A stretch of 36,044 bases of DNA from a virus (taxonomy: Duplodnaviria; Caudoviricetes): IMG/VR virus record IMGVR_UViG_3300033076_001099, positions 1 to 36,044 of that record; one strand, written 5' to 3'. Below, one piece after another: positions 6,480 to 16,273 of the stretch (its first letter is position 1; each line of letters starts with the position of its first letter). The notes beneath the pieces are model-generated. The model had not been told where the DNA came from. It worked only from the letters and a program-made list of their open reading frames with translations, and did not search any database. A program made the translations under genes and the position numbers.

Positions 6480-9248
6480 TTACACCTTGACCACATCGCT
6501 TGATGTGATTTCGCCGTATATGCGGCGGAGCTTAGGGAGAAGTGTATTTTTGAAGTATTGAACCTGTTCAGCTTGATTGTAAGTTAATTCTTCGCCGTTG
6601 ATCCACTTCGCGAGCGTTGGCGCTCCGAGAAAGTGCGCTGCGTAGATTGTTTCCACGTCGTCTTTACCAAAGCGGCGGATCGTTTCTTCTTTGAGTTTTA
6701 GATACCCCGCATAGTTCTGCGCCGGGTCGAAAACGTCCTTAACCCCCAGGTTCCCCGCTGTCTTTTTGATAAGCTGAAAGAGGCCCGACGCGGAGCTTGT
6801 CGGATTCTTGGCTTCTGGGTCGCCTCCTGACTCCATCAGCATTATAGCGTGATCTACCGGGTTTTGCTTGATTTCTTCAATGACTTGCGCGGCGGGTAGC
6901 TTGTCCATCTTATCCCCCTTAAACAGTGTGTTCATAAACTTAAAATCTTGATTACCGGAGCCAGCGGACGTAGGCTGCAACAATGAATCAGAGCCCTTGT
7001 CATTTCCAGTTGTTGACGTTTGACCAAGTGATGACGACGGTGCAGATTGCGGCTGTTGGGGCGTTAACGGTGCTCCTGCTGGCTGTGCTTGCGGCGGTGT
7101 TGTTTGCGCTAGTGCGCCCGCGCCCATGGGAATAGATGCGAGTTTTTTCGCGCTCGCTAGGGTTGCCGCCGTTCCCGAAGCTCGGCCCGCTGCCGATGAT
7201 AAGGCGCTGTTTTTTGCGTATTGTTCCAATATTGGGATAACTTTCTGCAGCGATGTTGCCCCTGCGTTAGGGTCAAAGTAAATTTTAGCGAGATTTCGCG
7301 CCACTTCGTCAGGCATCCCACCATCGAATAGAGATTGAATCGCGCCGACAAAATCACTGTTTGCAATTTTGGAAAGTATTCCCACCCCCTTGGTAAACTC
7401 TTTCTGTTCTTGCGCCATCGGTTGCGTTGGGCTTCCTACGAAGTATTTATTTTTCCCCTCGAAAAACCGGTTTTCAAGGTTGAGCCCTTCAAGTATCTCG
7501 TCCGCCTTATCGCCGAGAGCCGCCTTAAGTTTATTCGCTTGCTCGGTAGTCGCCGCAAGTTTTAGAGTGAAATTTTGTCCCTCGCGCGCTGACTCCGCCG
7601 CGGTTTGGAGATAAGATCGCACGCCGTCCTCCCACTCTGAGAGCTTCCCCGCTTCCTTAAAAACGTTTCGCAAATCTGCAATTCGAGATGCGGGTAGATT
7701 CATTAAGCGCCCAATATTCTGCGCCTTATCTTCTGCCACATTTGCGAGTGAGGGGATCAGGGTTTCCCCTAGCGCGTCGAGTTCACGCGAGCCCGCTGCA
7801 AACGCCTCGTCGGCAACGGCAAGCGCGCCGCTTTCTTTTTTCATTATAGCATTCAGCGCGTCGTACGTTTCTTTTACGTCCATCGCCTCGCTAGGATATT
7901 TTTCTAGGAGGTTTTCGCGAGTTTCCCATAGCCGCTTTCTGGCTTTTACCAAAAGCTCTGTCGAGTTGTCGGGGAGGTCGGCGTTGTTTGCGGTCTTTTT
8001 AATCTCCTTGATTGCCGTTGCTAGTGTCTTGTCCTTTTTTAGTAGTGTTTGAAGCTCTGGCGCGTCAATAGTTGGATTCTCGCTATACGCGCGCATATAC
8101 CACGGCGCGGCGGCTTCCTCTCGCGCTGCCTCTGCTGCCTTGATTATATCCTTAGCACCCTTAGAAATGTTCCGCGCTCCTAGGTACGTGTCCCGGTTCG
8201 GCGTGATTACGTCGAAAAGCTCTGAGGCTCTCGTCTCTGCCCCCGCTGTTCTGTTCTGTATTGCCGTCTGCGAAAACTCTAGCGACGGTTCGTAGTTTGC
8301 TATAAACTTCGCGTTTCTGGTTACTTTAGGCGAGTTAACCGCCTCCGGTAAAAATAACGGGACGTTCGTTTCTGCTGCTTCCGTTAGCTCCTTAGCCCCT
8401 GCCGCTATTTTGTCGAGCGGTGTATTTTTTAGCTGTTTGGCTAAAATCATTTCTTCAGGCGTCAGGCTGCGCGCAATATCGTTAGGCGTATCCCCTAGCG
8501 CTCCGCGCTCGCTTGCCAGCATCCCAGGACGTAAAAGCCCCCAGTCTGTCAGCTTGTCCGCAATAAATCGGCCCCCCGTCTCTATGGTTTTACCGACTAC
8601 GGGAGCCGCCACCGCGCCAATAGCGCCGCCCGTTGCCGCACCCTTGAGCCGTTCGCCCTCTTTAGCGTTGCCCGCTCCGAATAGAGCGCCCTGCGTTGCG
8701 CCCATTTTTGCAAGCTGTCCAATTGTTGGGGCTTCTTTAATCCCTACGCCGAAAACGTTACGCGCAAGGCTTGAGAGCAAGCCGCTCCCCGCTTCTGCCG
8801 CCCCTAGTCCCGCGCGAGCCACTCCGCCAGCGATTGAAGGAATCAAAGCGCCGCCGACTTGTAAGCCCGTAGAGGTCCACGGATTTTCTTTTTCGTAGGC
8901 TTTTAATTCCGCTTCGCTTGCGTCCCGTGTTGCTGCGTAGTTCTGCGCGAAGGAGCGATCATTTCCATACCCTACAACGTTTTTTAATAGGTTACCCACC
9001 GCACTAGTAGCGCCCTCGATTTCGGGTAGGAATCCAAACGTTAAGCCCTGGCCGATTTCGCCTAGCGCAGACATGCCGCCACGGTGCGCGCTTTGAGGTG
9101 CCGCCCCATAAGTCGCTGCATACTGCGCGCGCGTCATGGTGATAGGCTGATCCACTAATACCGGCGCAGGCGTTACCGTTGGGGCGGGTGCCCCATAGGT
9201 AGCTTCGTACTGTGCGCGGGTCATTTGGATCGGTGCTTCGTCTGCCAT
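6480..9248 (-). CDS. Large ejection (internal virion) protein with C-terminal lytic transglycosylase (SLT) domain
   Basis: Ala/Gly-rich helical protein with GQGLTFGF motif; C-terminal MESGGDPEAKNPTSSASGLFQL and AHFLG lysozyme-like motifs. Confidence 0.85.
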   Translation of the reverse strand: MADEAPIQMTRAQYEATYGAPAPTVTPAPVLVDQPITMTRAQYAATYGAAPQSAHRGGMSALGEIGQGLTFGFLPEIEGATSAVGNLLKNVVGYGNDRSFAQNYAATRDASEAELKAYEKENPWTSTGLQVGGALIPSIAGGVARAGLGAAEAGSGLLSSLARNVFGVGIKEAPTIGQLAKMGATQGALFGAGNAKEGERLKGAATGGAIGAVAAPVVGKTIETGGRFIADKLTDWGLLRPGMLASERGALGDTPNDIARSLTPEEMILAKQLKNTPLDKIAAGAKELTEAAETNVPLFLPEAVNSPKVTRNAKFIANYEPSLEFSQTAIQNRTAGAETRASELFDVITPNRDTYLGARNISKGAKDIIKAAEAAREEAAAPWYMRAYSENPTIDAPELQTLLKKDKTLATAIKEIKKTANNADLPDNSTELLVKARKRLWETRENLLEKYPSEAMDVKETYDALNAIMKKESGALAVADEAFAAGSRELDALGETLIPSLANVAEDKAQNIGRLMNLPASRIADLRNVFKEAGKLSEWEDGVRSYLQTAAESAREGQNFTLKLAATTEQANKLKAALGDKADEILEGLNLENRFFEGKNKYFVGSPTQPMAQEQKEFTKGVGILSKIANSDFVGAIQSLFDGGMPDEVARNLAKIYFDPNAGATSLQKVIPILEQYAKNSALSSAAGRASGTAATLASAKKLASIPMGAGALAQTTPPQAQPAGAPLTPQQPQSAPSSSLGQTSTTGNDKGSDSLLQPTSAGSGNQDFKFMNTLFKGDKMDKLPAAQVIEEIKQNPVDHAIMLMESGGDPEAKNPTSSASGLFQLIKKTAGNLGVKDVFDPAQNYAGYLKLKEETIRRFGKDDVETIYAAHFLGAPTLAKWINGEELTYNQAEQVQYFKNTLLPKLRRIYGEITSSDVVKV

Positions 9249-10310
9249 TTAGTCTACCAAAATGATGGTTTTGCCGTCTGGTGCTTTTATTGTTTGACCC
9301 TGCGGAGGCGCTACGGTGTTTATATTTAGATTCGGGTAAACCTCTGCAAAAGGCTTTGCCGCTCCAAACGGCACCACGGCATTCTCTGCCAGGTTCGCCG
9401 CCCGCGCTCGCTCTAAAAAGGTGTCGCGCAGCGTATTATAATCCACAAGCGAAGCGTCGTAAGAACGTTGCGCGATCCGCATAATTCCGTTTCTAACCTC
9501 TGGCGAAAGTTTCGTTTCACCGGATAACGCCGCTTTAACCGCCGCAACGCTCATTCCTAGCGCTGAAGCTGCGCCCTCTAGGGATTGCTGATCGTCCAAT
9601 TTTACGCTCAAACCAGGCTCTACCATCTGCGCGCCGCGTCTGATTATCTCGTAGTCACTAGTCCCTGAGGTATCCATGTAGGCTTTAGTCAGCGCCTTTA
9701 GGCCCTCGTCCTTATAGCGAAAGTTTTCGGATACTTTCATGAAATCATTAGCAAGGCTTCTCTCGTTGCTAAACTTTTCATTGGCTTGCTTAACTTCGTC
9801 CTGCTTCAATTTATACGCGGGACTATTAGGATTTACCGCCCCGCCTTGCCCCATCTGCTCAAAGGCTTGATTCTCCCCAAGGACCTCTGCCTTTTTCTTT
9901 AGCCCGGCGATCCCCACTTGTTGCATCATCTCCGCAAGGCTTCGCTCTTTCTGTGCATCGGCTTCGTACTTCTTCAGTATCGCGTTACCCCGGAGCGCCG
10001 CGAATGCGTCAGCGTTTACCCCTTCCGGTGCAGCCACCTCAAGCGGGTTGCTTCTAAGCTGCGGTAATACCGACGCCACGGAATTAAGCTGATCCGCTGC
10101 GTTCTGCCGAGCGTAGTTCCCCAGGAGGCCCGATAAAAAAGCCTTTCCGAAAGCCGTCGCCGCCGTAGTCTCTGGGGACCATGTAGCGGTATTAGGTTGC
10201 CAGGACGCAAGCGAGCGCCCCATTATGCCGTACGGGTCATTTTGAGTGACCGAGTTTTGAAACGCCGCGAAATCGGTAGGACCTAAAACGCCTAATAGTT
10301 CATCAGCCAT
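9249..10310 (-). CDS. Ejection / DNA-transfer protein
   Basis: Position after the nozzle gene; helical, Ala-rich. Confidence 0.65.
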   Translation of the reverse strand: MADELLGVLGPTDFAAFQNSVTQNDPYGIMGRSLASWQPNTATWSPETTAATAFGKAFLSGLLGNYARQNAADQLNSVASVLPQLRSNPLEVAAPEGVNADAFAALRGNAILKKYEADAQKERSLAEMMQQVGIAGLKKKAEVLGENQAFEQMGQGGAVNPNSPAYKLKQDEVKQANEKFSNERSLANDFMKVSENFRYKDEGLKALTKAYMDTSGTSDYEIIRRGAQMVEPGLSVKLDDQQSLEGAASALGMSVAAVKAALSGETKLSPEVRNGIMRIAQRSYDASLVDYNTLRDTFLERARAANLAENAVVPFGAAKPFAEVYPNLNINTVAPPQGQTIKAPDGKTIILVD

Positions 10311-10311
10311 A

Positions 10312-11469
10312 TTACCCCACTATTTCAAAGCCCGCCGAGTCGCCAGACTTATTGCCGCTACTCCCGCCCGATCCCTGCTTCGCTATTGCCAGCTTCTTGG
10401 TATACGTGTCTTGGTCTACCCCGTATTTTGCCATGTACTGAGCCGCCGACAAAGTAAGGATATCCTTAGTATCTGCGGAGCTATCAGTGCTTACGGTGTT
10501 GTTGTACGGGCCAAACTTACCGCCGAATGTAGAAGCACCCTCCGTAAGTGCGCGCAGAAAACTATCCCGCGCTGCGGAGTCGGTTGCATATGCTTGATTG
10601 CCCGCTAAAACCGCCTGGCGGCTCGCGTCGTCCTTCAGTGCTCTATATTTGGAACTAATCCCACCAATGGTTCGCCCATAGAGATCCTTGGTGTTCGGGT
10701 CCTGCGCCGCCTCTGGGTTGTACGGTATCCCCCGATTGGCTAGTTCCTGTTTGGAGTCTTCCATCTCCTTGGCCATGTCGCGATCATAGTATTTTGTCAG
10801 CGTCCCATAGGTTGCCTCCTCTGCCCGCTGTCTGCTTACATCGCCATTAAAGGTTTCCGCCGCTGCGGTCGCGAGGTCCTTGAATGTTTTAGAAATACCC
10901 CCAGCGGTGTCCTTCACCGTTACCGTACCATCAGGGTTTCTAACTACCTCCCGCGTGTTTCCGTTTTCGTCGGTAATTATCCGCGGCTGAGACAGGTTGA
11001 AATTTGTGTTTAGGTCGTTTGTTTCGGCTTTTGATACGTCATCGGCTGCGGCAACCGGATCGACGGTGCCGCTAGGCGATACGGTCCCTTTTTCAATCGC
11101 TCCCCCTGGGTCCTGAAAATTACGATCCCAAGTTCGGCCCTCTGAGCGACCGTTACTCATCCAGTGATCGGCGGCGATCTGATCGACCGAGCGCGGATCT
11201 CCTTGAGCCTTTAGGCGCTGCGCTTCTTGCGCCACGTCTGGATTCATTCTTAAGTAAGATTGCGCGTTGAAGTCCGATTCAAGTGTGGGCGCCGTAGTGC
11301 CGCCCCCTGCTGGGGCTTGCGGCTTGGCTTTTTTGCCGAGAGTGTTAGCGGTTTCCTGCGCTCGAGTGCCGTATCCCGCGTCCGCGTCGGCTTTAATCGC
11401 CGCGATCTGCTTAGGTGAAAGCCCGTCCGGAATGTTTATAACTGTCCCTTTTTTACTTCGGTATTTCAT
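10312..11469 (-). CDS. Ejection / DNA-transfer protein
   Basis: ATGA overlap with the nozzle gene; LANRGI motif; contains an FN..SYL..NPDVA...HW...GR.EGR module. Confidence 0.65.
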   Translation of the reverse strand: MKYRSKKGTVINIPDGLSPKQIAAIKADADAGYGTRAQETANTLGKKAKPQAPAGGGTTAPTLESDFNAQSYLRMNPDVAQEAQRLKAQGDPRSVDQIAADHWMSNGRSEGRTWDRNFQDPGGAIEKGTVSPSGTVDPVAAADDVSKAETNDLNTNFNLSQPRIITDENGNTREVVRNPDGTVTVKDTAGGISKTFKDLATAAAETFNGDVSRQRAEEATYGTLTKYYDRDMAKEMEDSKQELANRGIPYNPEAAQDPNTKDLYGRTIGGISSKYRALKDDASRQAVLAGNQAYATDSAARDSFLRALTEGASTFGGKFGPYNNTVSTDSSADTKDILTLSAAQYMAKYGVDQDTYTKKLAIAKQGSGGSSGNKSGDSAGFEIVG

Positions 11470-13073
11470 CGTGAACCCGTCTCTCCTGCGTTGTACCAAA
11501 CGTTATAAGAATACAAATCCAAACCCACTGTTTTACTGGCGGCGGTTGTCCCTGACATTTTTACCTGAACATAGGTAATGTTCTGCATTCCTACGTTCAC
11601 CGCCGGTTTCGAGACTGACGATGTCGAAGCGTCGGTTTTCTGATTGCCGCTAGTTTGCCGCCCGAAATCCACAACGAAATTCCAGTTTGTCTCTGCATAC
11701 AGATCAGACTCTAGGATCGGTTCGATCTGCACGGTTTCATATACTGCGGTTTTTGGGAAAGGGATCGGTGCGGAAACAAACGAATAGTCGTATGACGTTT
11801 TTGTCGTGTCATCATAGTTAACATCTTGAAAATCCGTTGCGCCTTCCTTAGATTTTATTATTATTTTTTGGGTTGAAGTTGCTGTGGTTACGCCAATGAA
11901 AAGCAATTTCCCTTTGAAGTTTATGGCACCATAAGACGTGACCGCAGAAGTAACCCCCCCAAAAGTACGATGCACAGACCACGATCTTCGTAAGGTATCA
12001 TAAACAAAAAACGTCGAACCTACATCCGCATAAATAGTAGACGAGCTTGGTTGTACGCAAAACGTCACTACAAGGCGCCCTTGTTCTTTCCACCAAGTAA
12101 TGACCGCAAAGGTCAAAGTCTGGATGCTCCCATAAGTTGCATAAATTCTATTAGTGAGATCGGTCCAATCGGGAGTAATACTTTGAGTTATTAATTGCTG
12201 CTCAGCTTGAATAGATCCATTGGTGTAAACATCACGAAGCGAAACGAGGCCAGTGTAACAGGCGACAAGGCTATCCCCCTGGTACGCAGTAACTACGCTG
12301 TTATAATGAATAGGCTTTCCGATGTTTGCAGTTCCTACTAGCCCCCAGCTATCGGAATCCGGGTAAGAACCTGTATAGAATAGGACCTCTCCAGAAAAGA
12401 AAACAACTGCAAGCACCTGTTCGGTATTCGCGGAAATTGTAACATTGAACGGCACTACGGCGGCGATGGTAGATGCATTTGAGATAACTCCGGCGAGAGG
12501 GACCTCTGTTATGGTGCCAGATATGCTCTTAATGCCCGAATACCCTAAGCTTGCCGAGTCTTTGAAGATTATGTAGTGCCTATTTTTGAACGTACAACCC
12601 CCAATCGGGCTTAGTCCCACAGGCATTGTATATGTAGCCGCGCCCCATGCGGAGCCATTGAAATAATCTACGTTCTGATCTTGTCCGTTGAAAAAAAATA
12701 GATATTGATTAAAGTAACTCGTATAGATTGTTTGGTACGACATTGTGGTGCTTGTGTAAGCTAATGTAGGCGCGGCCCCTTCTGTCGAGATGTCGTAATA
12801 CCTATTTTTTAATCCCGGTCCGGCACAATAGCAGACGATAAAAGCATAGGTTTCTCCGTACTTAACAATTGCAGCGGCCTCCTCGCTAGTAGCGCCTCCC
12901 GTAGTGTTGAGCGACTTGGAAACCCACTTGCTATCACCATTCCTTAGGGAAATCCCTTCTTTAGTGGTGTTGAAGTTATAAAGGGTTTCGCAATATGGAG
13001 ATTTTAGCGCTGCCGTAGGGGTCTGCGTATCTTGTCCCAAATACGGTGCCGGTAAATTCGCGGAGCTACTCAC
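11466..13073 (-). CDS. Tail nozzle / DNA stabilisation protein (P22 gp10 or T7 gp12-like)
   Basis: LPAP..G N-terminus; all-beta propeller-like composition; GEVLFYTGSYP motif; podovirus synteny. Confidence 0.75.
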   Translation of the reverse strand: MSSSANLPAPYLGQDTQTPTAALKSPYCETLYNFNTTKEGISLRNGDSKWVSKSLNTTGGATSEEAAAIVKYGETYAFIVCYCAGPGLKNRYYDISTEGAAPTLAYTSTTMSYQTIYTSYFNQYLFFFNGQDQNVDYFNGSAWGAATYTMPVGLSPIGGCTFKNRHYIIFKDSASLGYSGIKSISGTITEVPLAGVISNASTIAAVVPFNVTISANTEQVLAVVFFSGEVLFYTGSYPDSDSWGLVGTANIGKPIHYNSVVTAYQGDSLVACYTGLVSLRDVYTNGSIQAEQQLITQSITPDWTDLTNRIYATYGSIQTLTFAVITWWKEQGRLVVTFCVQPSSSTIYADVGSTFFVYDTLRRSWSVHRTFGGVTSAVTSYGAINFKGKLLFIGVTTATSTQKIIIKSKEGATDFQDVNYDDTTKTSYDYSFVSAPIPFPKTAVYETVQIEPILESDLYAETNWNFVVDFGRQTSGNQKTDASTSSVSKPAVNVGMQNITYVQVKMSGTTAASKTVGLDLYSYNVWYNAGETGSR

Positions 13074-14662
13074 TACCGCCTCCCCGTAAACCCTTGCGCG
13101 GCGGCTCTCCCCACTGCGTTGATGTTCGCTGGCGCTGGTGCCTTGTTAACTATTACGGGCGCGGCTGTCTTGGCGCCTACTTCAAAGCCCTTGAGCACAT
13201 TATTTTTGTTCTCTATAGCTTTCTTCTCGTCCGTTATCTCGACTTCACCCTTCTTGGATTTATAGAGCCCGGATTCTATATTCGCCTGGGTAATCGCCTG
13301 GCGCTGTTCTTGCGTAAGGTTCGCCCACTCTGGGCCGTAAACCTTGAGGTTACCATAAACGCCAGTCAGGTCCGCGGCATCGAGTCCGCCCTTCTCATAG
13401 TCGGCCCATGTCGCGTATTTCCCCGCGAAAGGCTTACTCTTGTCGGGGGGCGCTGCGTTGAATTGCTCGCGCATTCCCGCGGCATATTGCTGCCAGTTTT
13501 GATTGTCCTTTCCTTGGTTGAGTAGATCTTGCGTGTGCTCTTGCGCCACTTGGCGGGTCGTTTTGTGCATTAATTTGTCGATAATGCCTAGTTTTTTAGC
13601 GCCCAGAAGAACCGGGGAAACCGCGGCCAGTGCGAGATCGTTCTTGATTCCGCTGCCCTGTAGTCCGTAACCGACAACGTTACCCACCGCCGCGCCCGCT
13701 GCCGTGCCAAGCCCCGGCATAATCATAGAGCCGATACCAGCGCCCAAAGTTGTAGTTCCTGACCTGACGCCCTCGCCTCCCCTGTTGAACCCTTTGATTA
13801 CGTCGTAGCCGCCCTTGGCTGCCATAAGAGGACCGGCAAACGAGCCCGCCGCCTCTGAACCTAGGGCCGCGCCAACGTTTGCCGCGCCCGACGCTATATC
13901 CAAACCGCCGCCGATCTTGTCGTCCTTGAAGTTGGTTATCCCCTGATAAATTTGGTAAGCGCCCATAGCGCCCTGGACCACGCGGCCAATCATAGCGCCG
14001 GTTTTGGCGTCGATTATGCTCCCGTCTGCTTCTACCGTTGTGTTTGGTGGGAGCTGATCGGTAATTACACTCCCGTCAGGCTGCTGCACCCCGTTGAGGC
14101 TAAAATCCTGCGTTGGCGCACCGAGAGAGCCGGTCCCGCTGGGCGCTGTCAAGTCGCCTGCTGTAGTTGGAATGTTCCCGACTGCCCCCTGCGCTGCAGC
14201 TTGAGACAAGGTAGGCGCAGCGGCTGGCGGTTTGGAGATTATTTCGCCCGCTGTATTTCGAATCGAGCCGTCAGACCAAAAGACAGTGCCGTCTGCCAAT
14301 ATGTCTTTAGCTTCTGCAGGAGCATTACCGAACCCGCTTTTCATGATCTCATTGGCCGCTAACGTACCGACCACGGTTGCGCCCACCGGAGTGACTTGCC
14401 CAAGCGGACTATTGGCCCGTTCTTGCTGCTTCCGAGCGCTTTCCGCATCGTCCTTGGCTTTCTGTTCGTCCGCTATTTGTTGCTTAGGGTTGGCCCGAAA
14501 TACCTTTCGACCAGTCGCGTTAGAAGCGACCGGATCATAAACATAAGCAGGATTTCCAGGCACTACATAGAGCACCTGGCCCGCTGGTGTTACGACTTTT
14601 TCCCACGTCAGAAACTTGCTGTAGTCTGTTCCAGGGAAAGGATCATTTTTAAAAACGGCCAT
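13073..14662 (-). CDS. Virion or ejection-type protein with glycine-zipper membrane segments
   Basis: TAATG overlap with the adaptor gene; GAGIGSMIMPGLGTAAGAAVG zipper. Confidence 0.6.
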   Translation of the reverse strand: MAVFKNDPFPGTDYSKFLTWEKVVTPAGQVLYVVPGNPAYVYDPVASNATGRKVFRANPKQQIADEQKAKDDAESARKQQERANSPLGQVTPVGATVVGTLAANEIMKSGFGNAPAEAKDILADGTVFWSDGSIRNTAGEIISKPPAAAPTLSQAAAQGAVGNIPTTAGDLTAPSGTGSLGAPTQDFSLNGVQQPDGSVITDQLPPNTTVEADGSIIDAKTGAMIGRVVQGAMGAYQIYQGITNFKDDKIGGGLDIASGAANVGAALGSEAAGSFAGPLMAAKGGYDVIKGFNRGGEGVRSGTTTLGAGIGSMIMPGLGTAAGAAVGNVVGYGLQGSGIKNDLALAAVSPVLLGAKKLGIIDKLMHKTTRQVAQEHTQDLLNQGKDNQNWQQYAAGMREQFNAAPPDKSKPFAGKYATWADYEKGGLDAADLTGVYGNLKVYGPEWANLTQEQRQAITQANIESGLYKSKKGEVEITDEKKAIENKNNVLKGFEVGAKTAAPVIVNKAPAPANINAVGRAAAQGFTGRR

Positions 14663-15582
14663 TAACTGCCCCCCGTACCGGCCCAAGAGCCCACCGCTAC
14701 CACCGGCCAATCAAAACTACTGTTCATGTCGTATGCGGCGCTGACAACGACCGCGCCGTTTTGTCTACCTATAGCGGTACGTACTGACCCTTCCCAGCGC
14801 TCTTTATATGTATTAGCTGCAGAAAATTGCTGTTTAGAATCGTACCAAGCCCACCTAAGCCCCTCTACAAAAAGCTCGTCGTCGAGAAGTACAAAATCGG
14901 TATCAGCCGTTACGGGATACGGCTCGCTGTAAACCACCCAAGTACAAGCGCCATCCGTGATGGTTCCGCTAGTTGCTGTTAGTCGATTCGTCCCGCTAGT
15001 GCCGGAAGTCGTGCAATAATACATGTTGTTTACGCCGGTCCTAATATCTCCCTCAGTATATGCCGTCGAAGGCGCCCAGTTCTGCGGCCATACATAATTG
15101 CGCGAGGTGTACGCGATGGTCATTTGTGTTGTGTCGTCTTGCCCTGCTGGTGAGATTTGGAAATACCCTGCGGAGCGTTGCGTATAGGGGGAAGTGCTGA
15201 AGATGTATCCCTGCGCCCCGTTAACCTGATACCCAGCGTAAGGACTCGCGATGTTCACGCCATAGGTTTGAAACGCAAGCCGCGCATTTGATAGCGGACC
15301 CGCTAAAGGTATTTGATTCGTTACACCCCATTGCGTCCCGGTGAGCATTCGCAAATAATCGCCAGGGAGTTGATAGTTTGCGACTCCGGTTGAGGTTGTA
15401 AACGTATAGGTGCGCTTTAGTTGGTCCCAGCCGTCCTGGTAGTCAATAAGCTGATCCCCGATGAACTTGAAAAGTGACACGTATTGCCGCGCCGCCGGGG
15501 TGCTCGCCCCTACATAAGACGATTCCCGCGGCTGGTTTATCCGATCACAAAATTCGTCGAGTACCTCTTTAACTGTCGCCAT
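14662..15582 (-). CDS. Head-tail adaptor (tail tubular A-like) with inserted CBM-like module
   Basis: W..LKR.YTF.T..G...Y.LP.DY and GL.W core motifs; insert WAPSTAYTEGDIR...YYCTTSGTSG...DG..TW. Confidence 0.75.
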   Translation of the reverse strand: MATVKEVLDEFCDRINQPRESSYVGASTPAARQYVSLFKFIGDQLIDYQDGWDQLKRTYTFTTSTGVANYQLPGDYLRMLTGTQWGVTNQIPLAGPLSNARLAFQTYGVNIASPYAGYQVNGAQGYIFSTSPYTQRSAGYFQISPAGQDDTTQMTIAYTSRNYVWPQNWAPSTAYTEGDIRTGVNNMYYCTTSGTSGTNRLTATSGTITDGACTWVVYSEPYPVTADTDFVLLDDELFVEGLRWAWYDSKQQFSAANTYKERWEGSVRTAIGRQNGAVVVSAAYDMNSSFDWPVVAVGSWAGTGGS

Positions 15583-15594
15583 TTCATCTTTACT

Positions 15595-15927
15595 TTACGA
15601 CCGTTTTTTCTTCGCTGGTGCCACTTCCTCAACAACCGCCTCGACTTCCTCCACTACTGCCGGGGCTTCTACCTCAACGACCGGTTCGGGCTCTACGACT
15701 CGCGCCGCAGAAACAAAGCCGACGCCGCTGAAGCCAAAACTTGCGGGAAGTACAAAGCCGGGGTTTTTTCTCTGAAAGTCCTCGAACTGCACCGGGTACG
15801 ATTTGATATGATCGACAACTGCCTTGCTATCAAATCCGGCCTTTTCGTGGCGAAAGTAAAGAACGTCTTTTATCGTTACTATCTCGCCGCGGGCCGTCTT
15901 ATGTTGCTCGTCTACTAGGTAAAACAT
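15595..15927 (-). CDS. Hypothetical late protein with acidic Glu/Val/Pro tail
   Basis: Operon packing; low-complexity C-terminus. Confidence 0.65.
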   Translation of the reverse strand: MFYLVDEQHKTARGEIVTIKDVLYFRHEKAGFDSKAVVDHIKSYPVQFEDFQRKNPGFVLPASFGFSGVGFVSAARVVEPEPVVEVEAPAVVEEVEAVVEEVAPAKKKRS

Positions 15928-15934
15928 CTATACC

Positions 15935-16273
15935 CTATACTGTACGGAGTGAGTAAATAACCTGTACGCCGGTTGTTGAGCCTGCGCCGGTTGTGCATGA
16001 AAGGCCCTCGCCTACATTTGTTTCAAACCACCCATTACCGCTTTCGGTTTCGGGTAAAACCACACTGCCGTTTATTCCGTTTTGGAATGTGGCAGATATG
16101 GCCGAGCCAGCGCCCGAAGGTTTGGTGTTGAAAACTATGGTCGTCGCCGTTCCCCCAGCCTGCGCCACAAGCCCCAAAACCTTGATTGTGCTACCCGCTA
16201 CGGCGGCAACGATTGAGGAGTCAGTTTGCGACGCGGCTACGTTTACAAAAGCCTTTTTAACGACGAACGACAT
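15935..16273 (-). CDS. Small beta-rich virion protein, paralog of 6098-6475
   Basis: TAATG overlap; motifs shared with 6098-6475. Confidence 0.7.
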   Translation of the reverse strand: MSFVVKKAFVNVAASQTDSSIVAAVAGSTIKVLGLVAQAGGTATTIVFNTKPSGAGSAISATFQNGINGSVVLPETESGNGWFETNVGEGLSCTTGAGSTTGVQVIYSLRTV

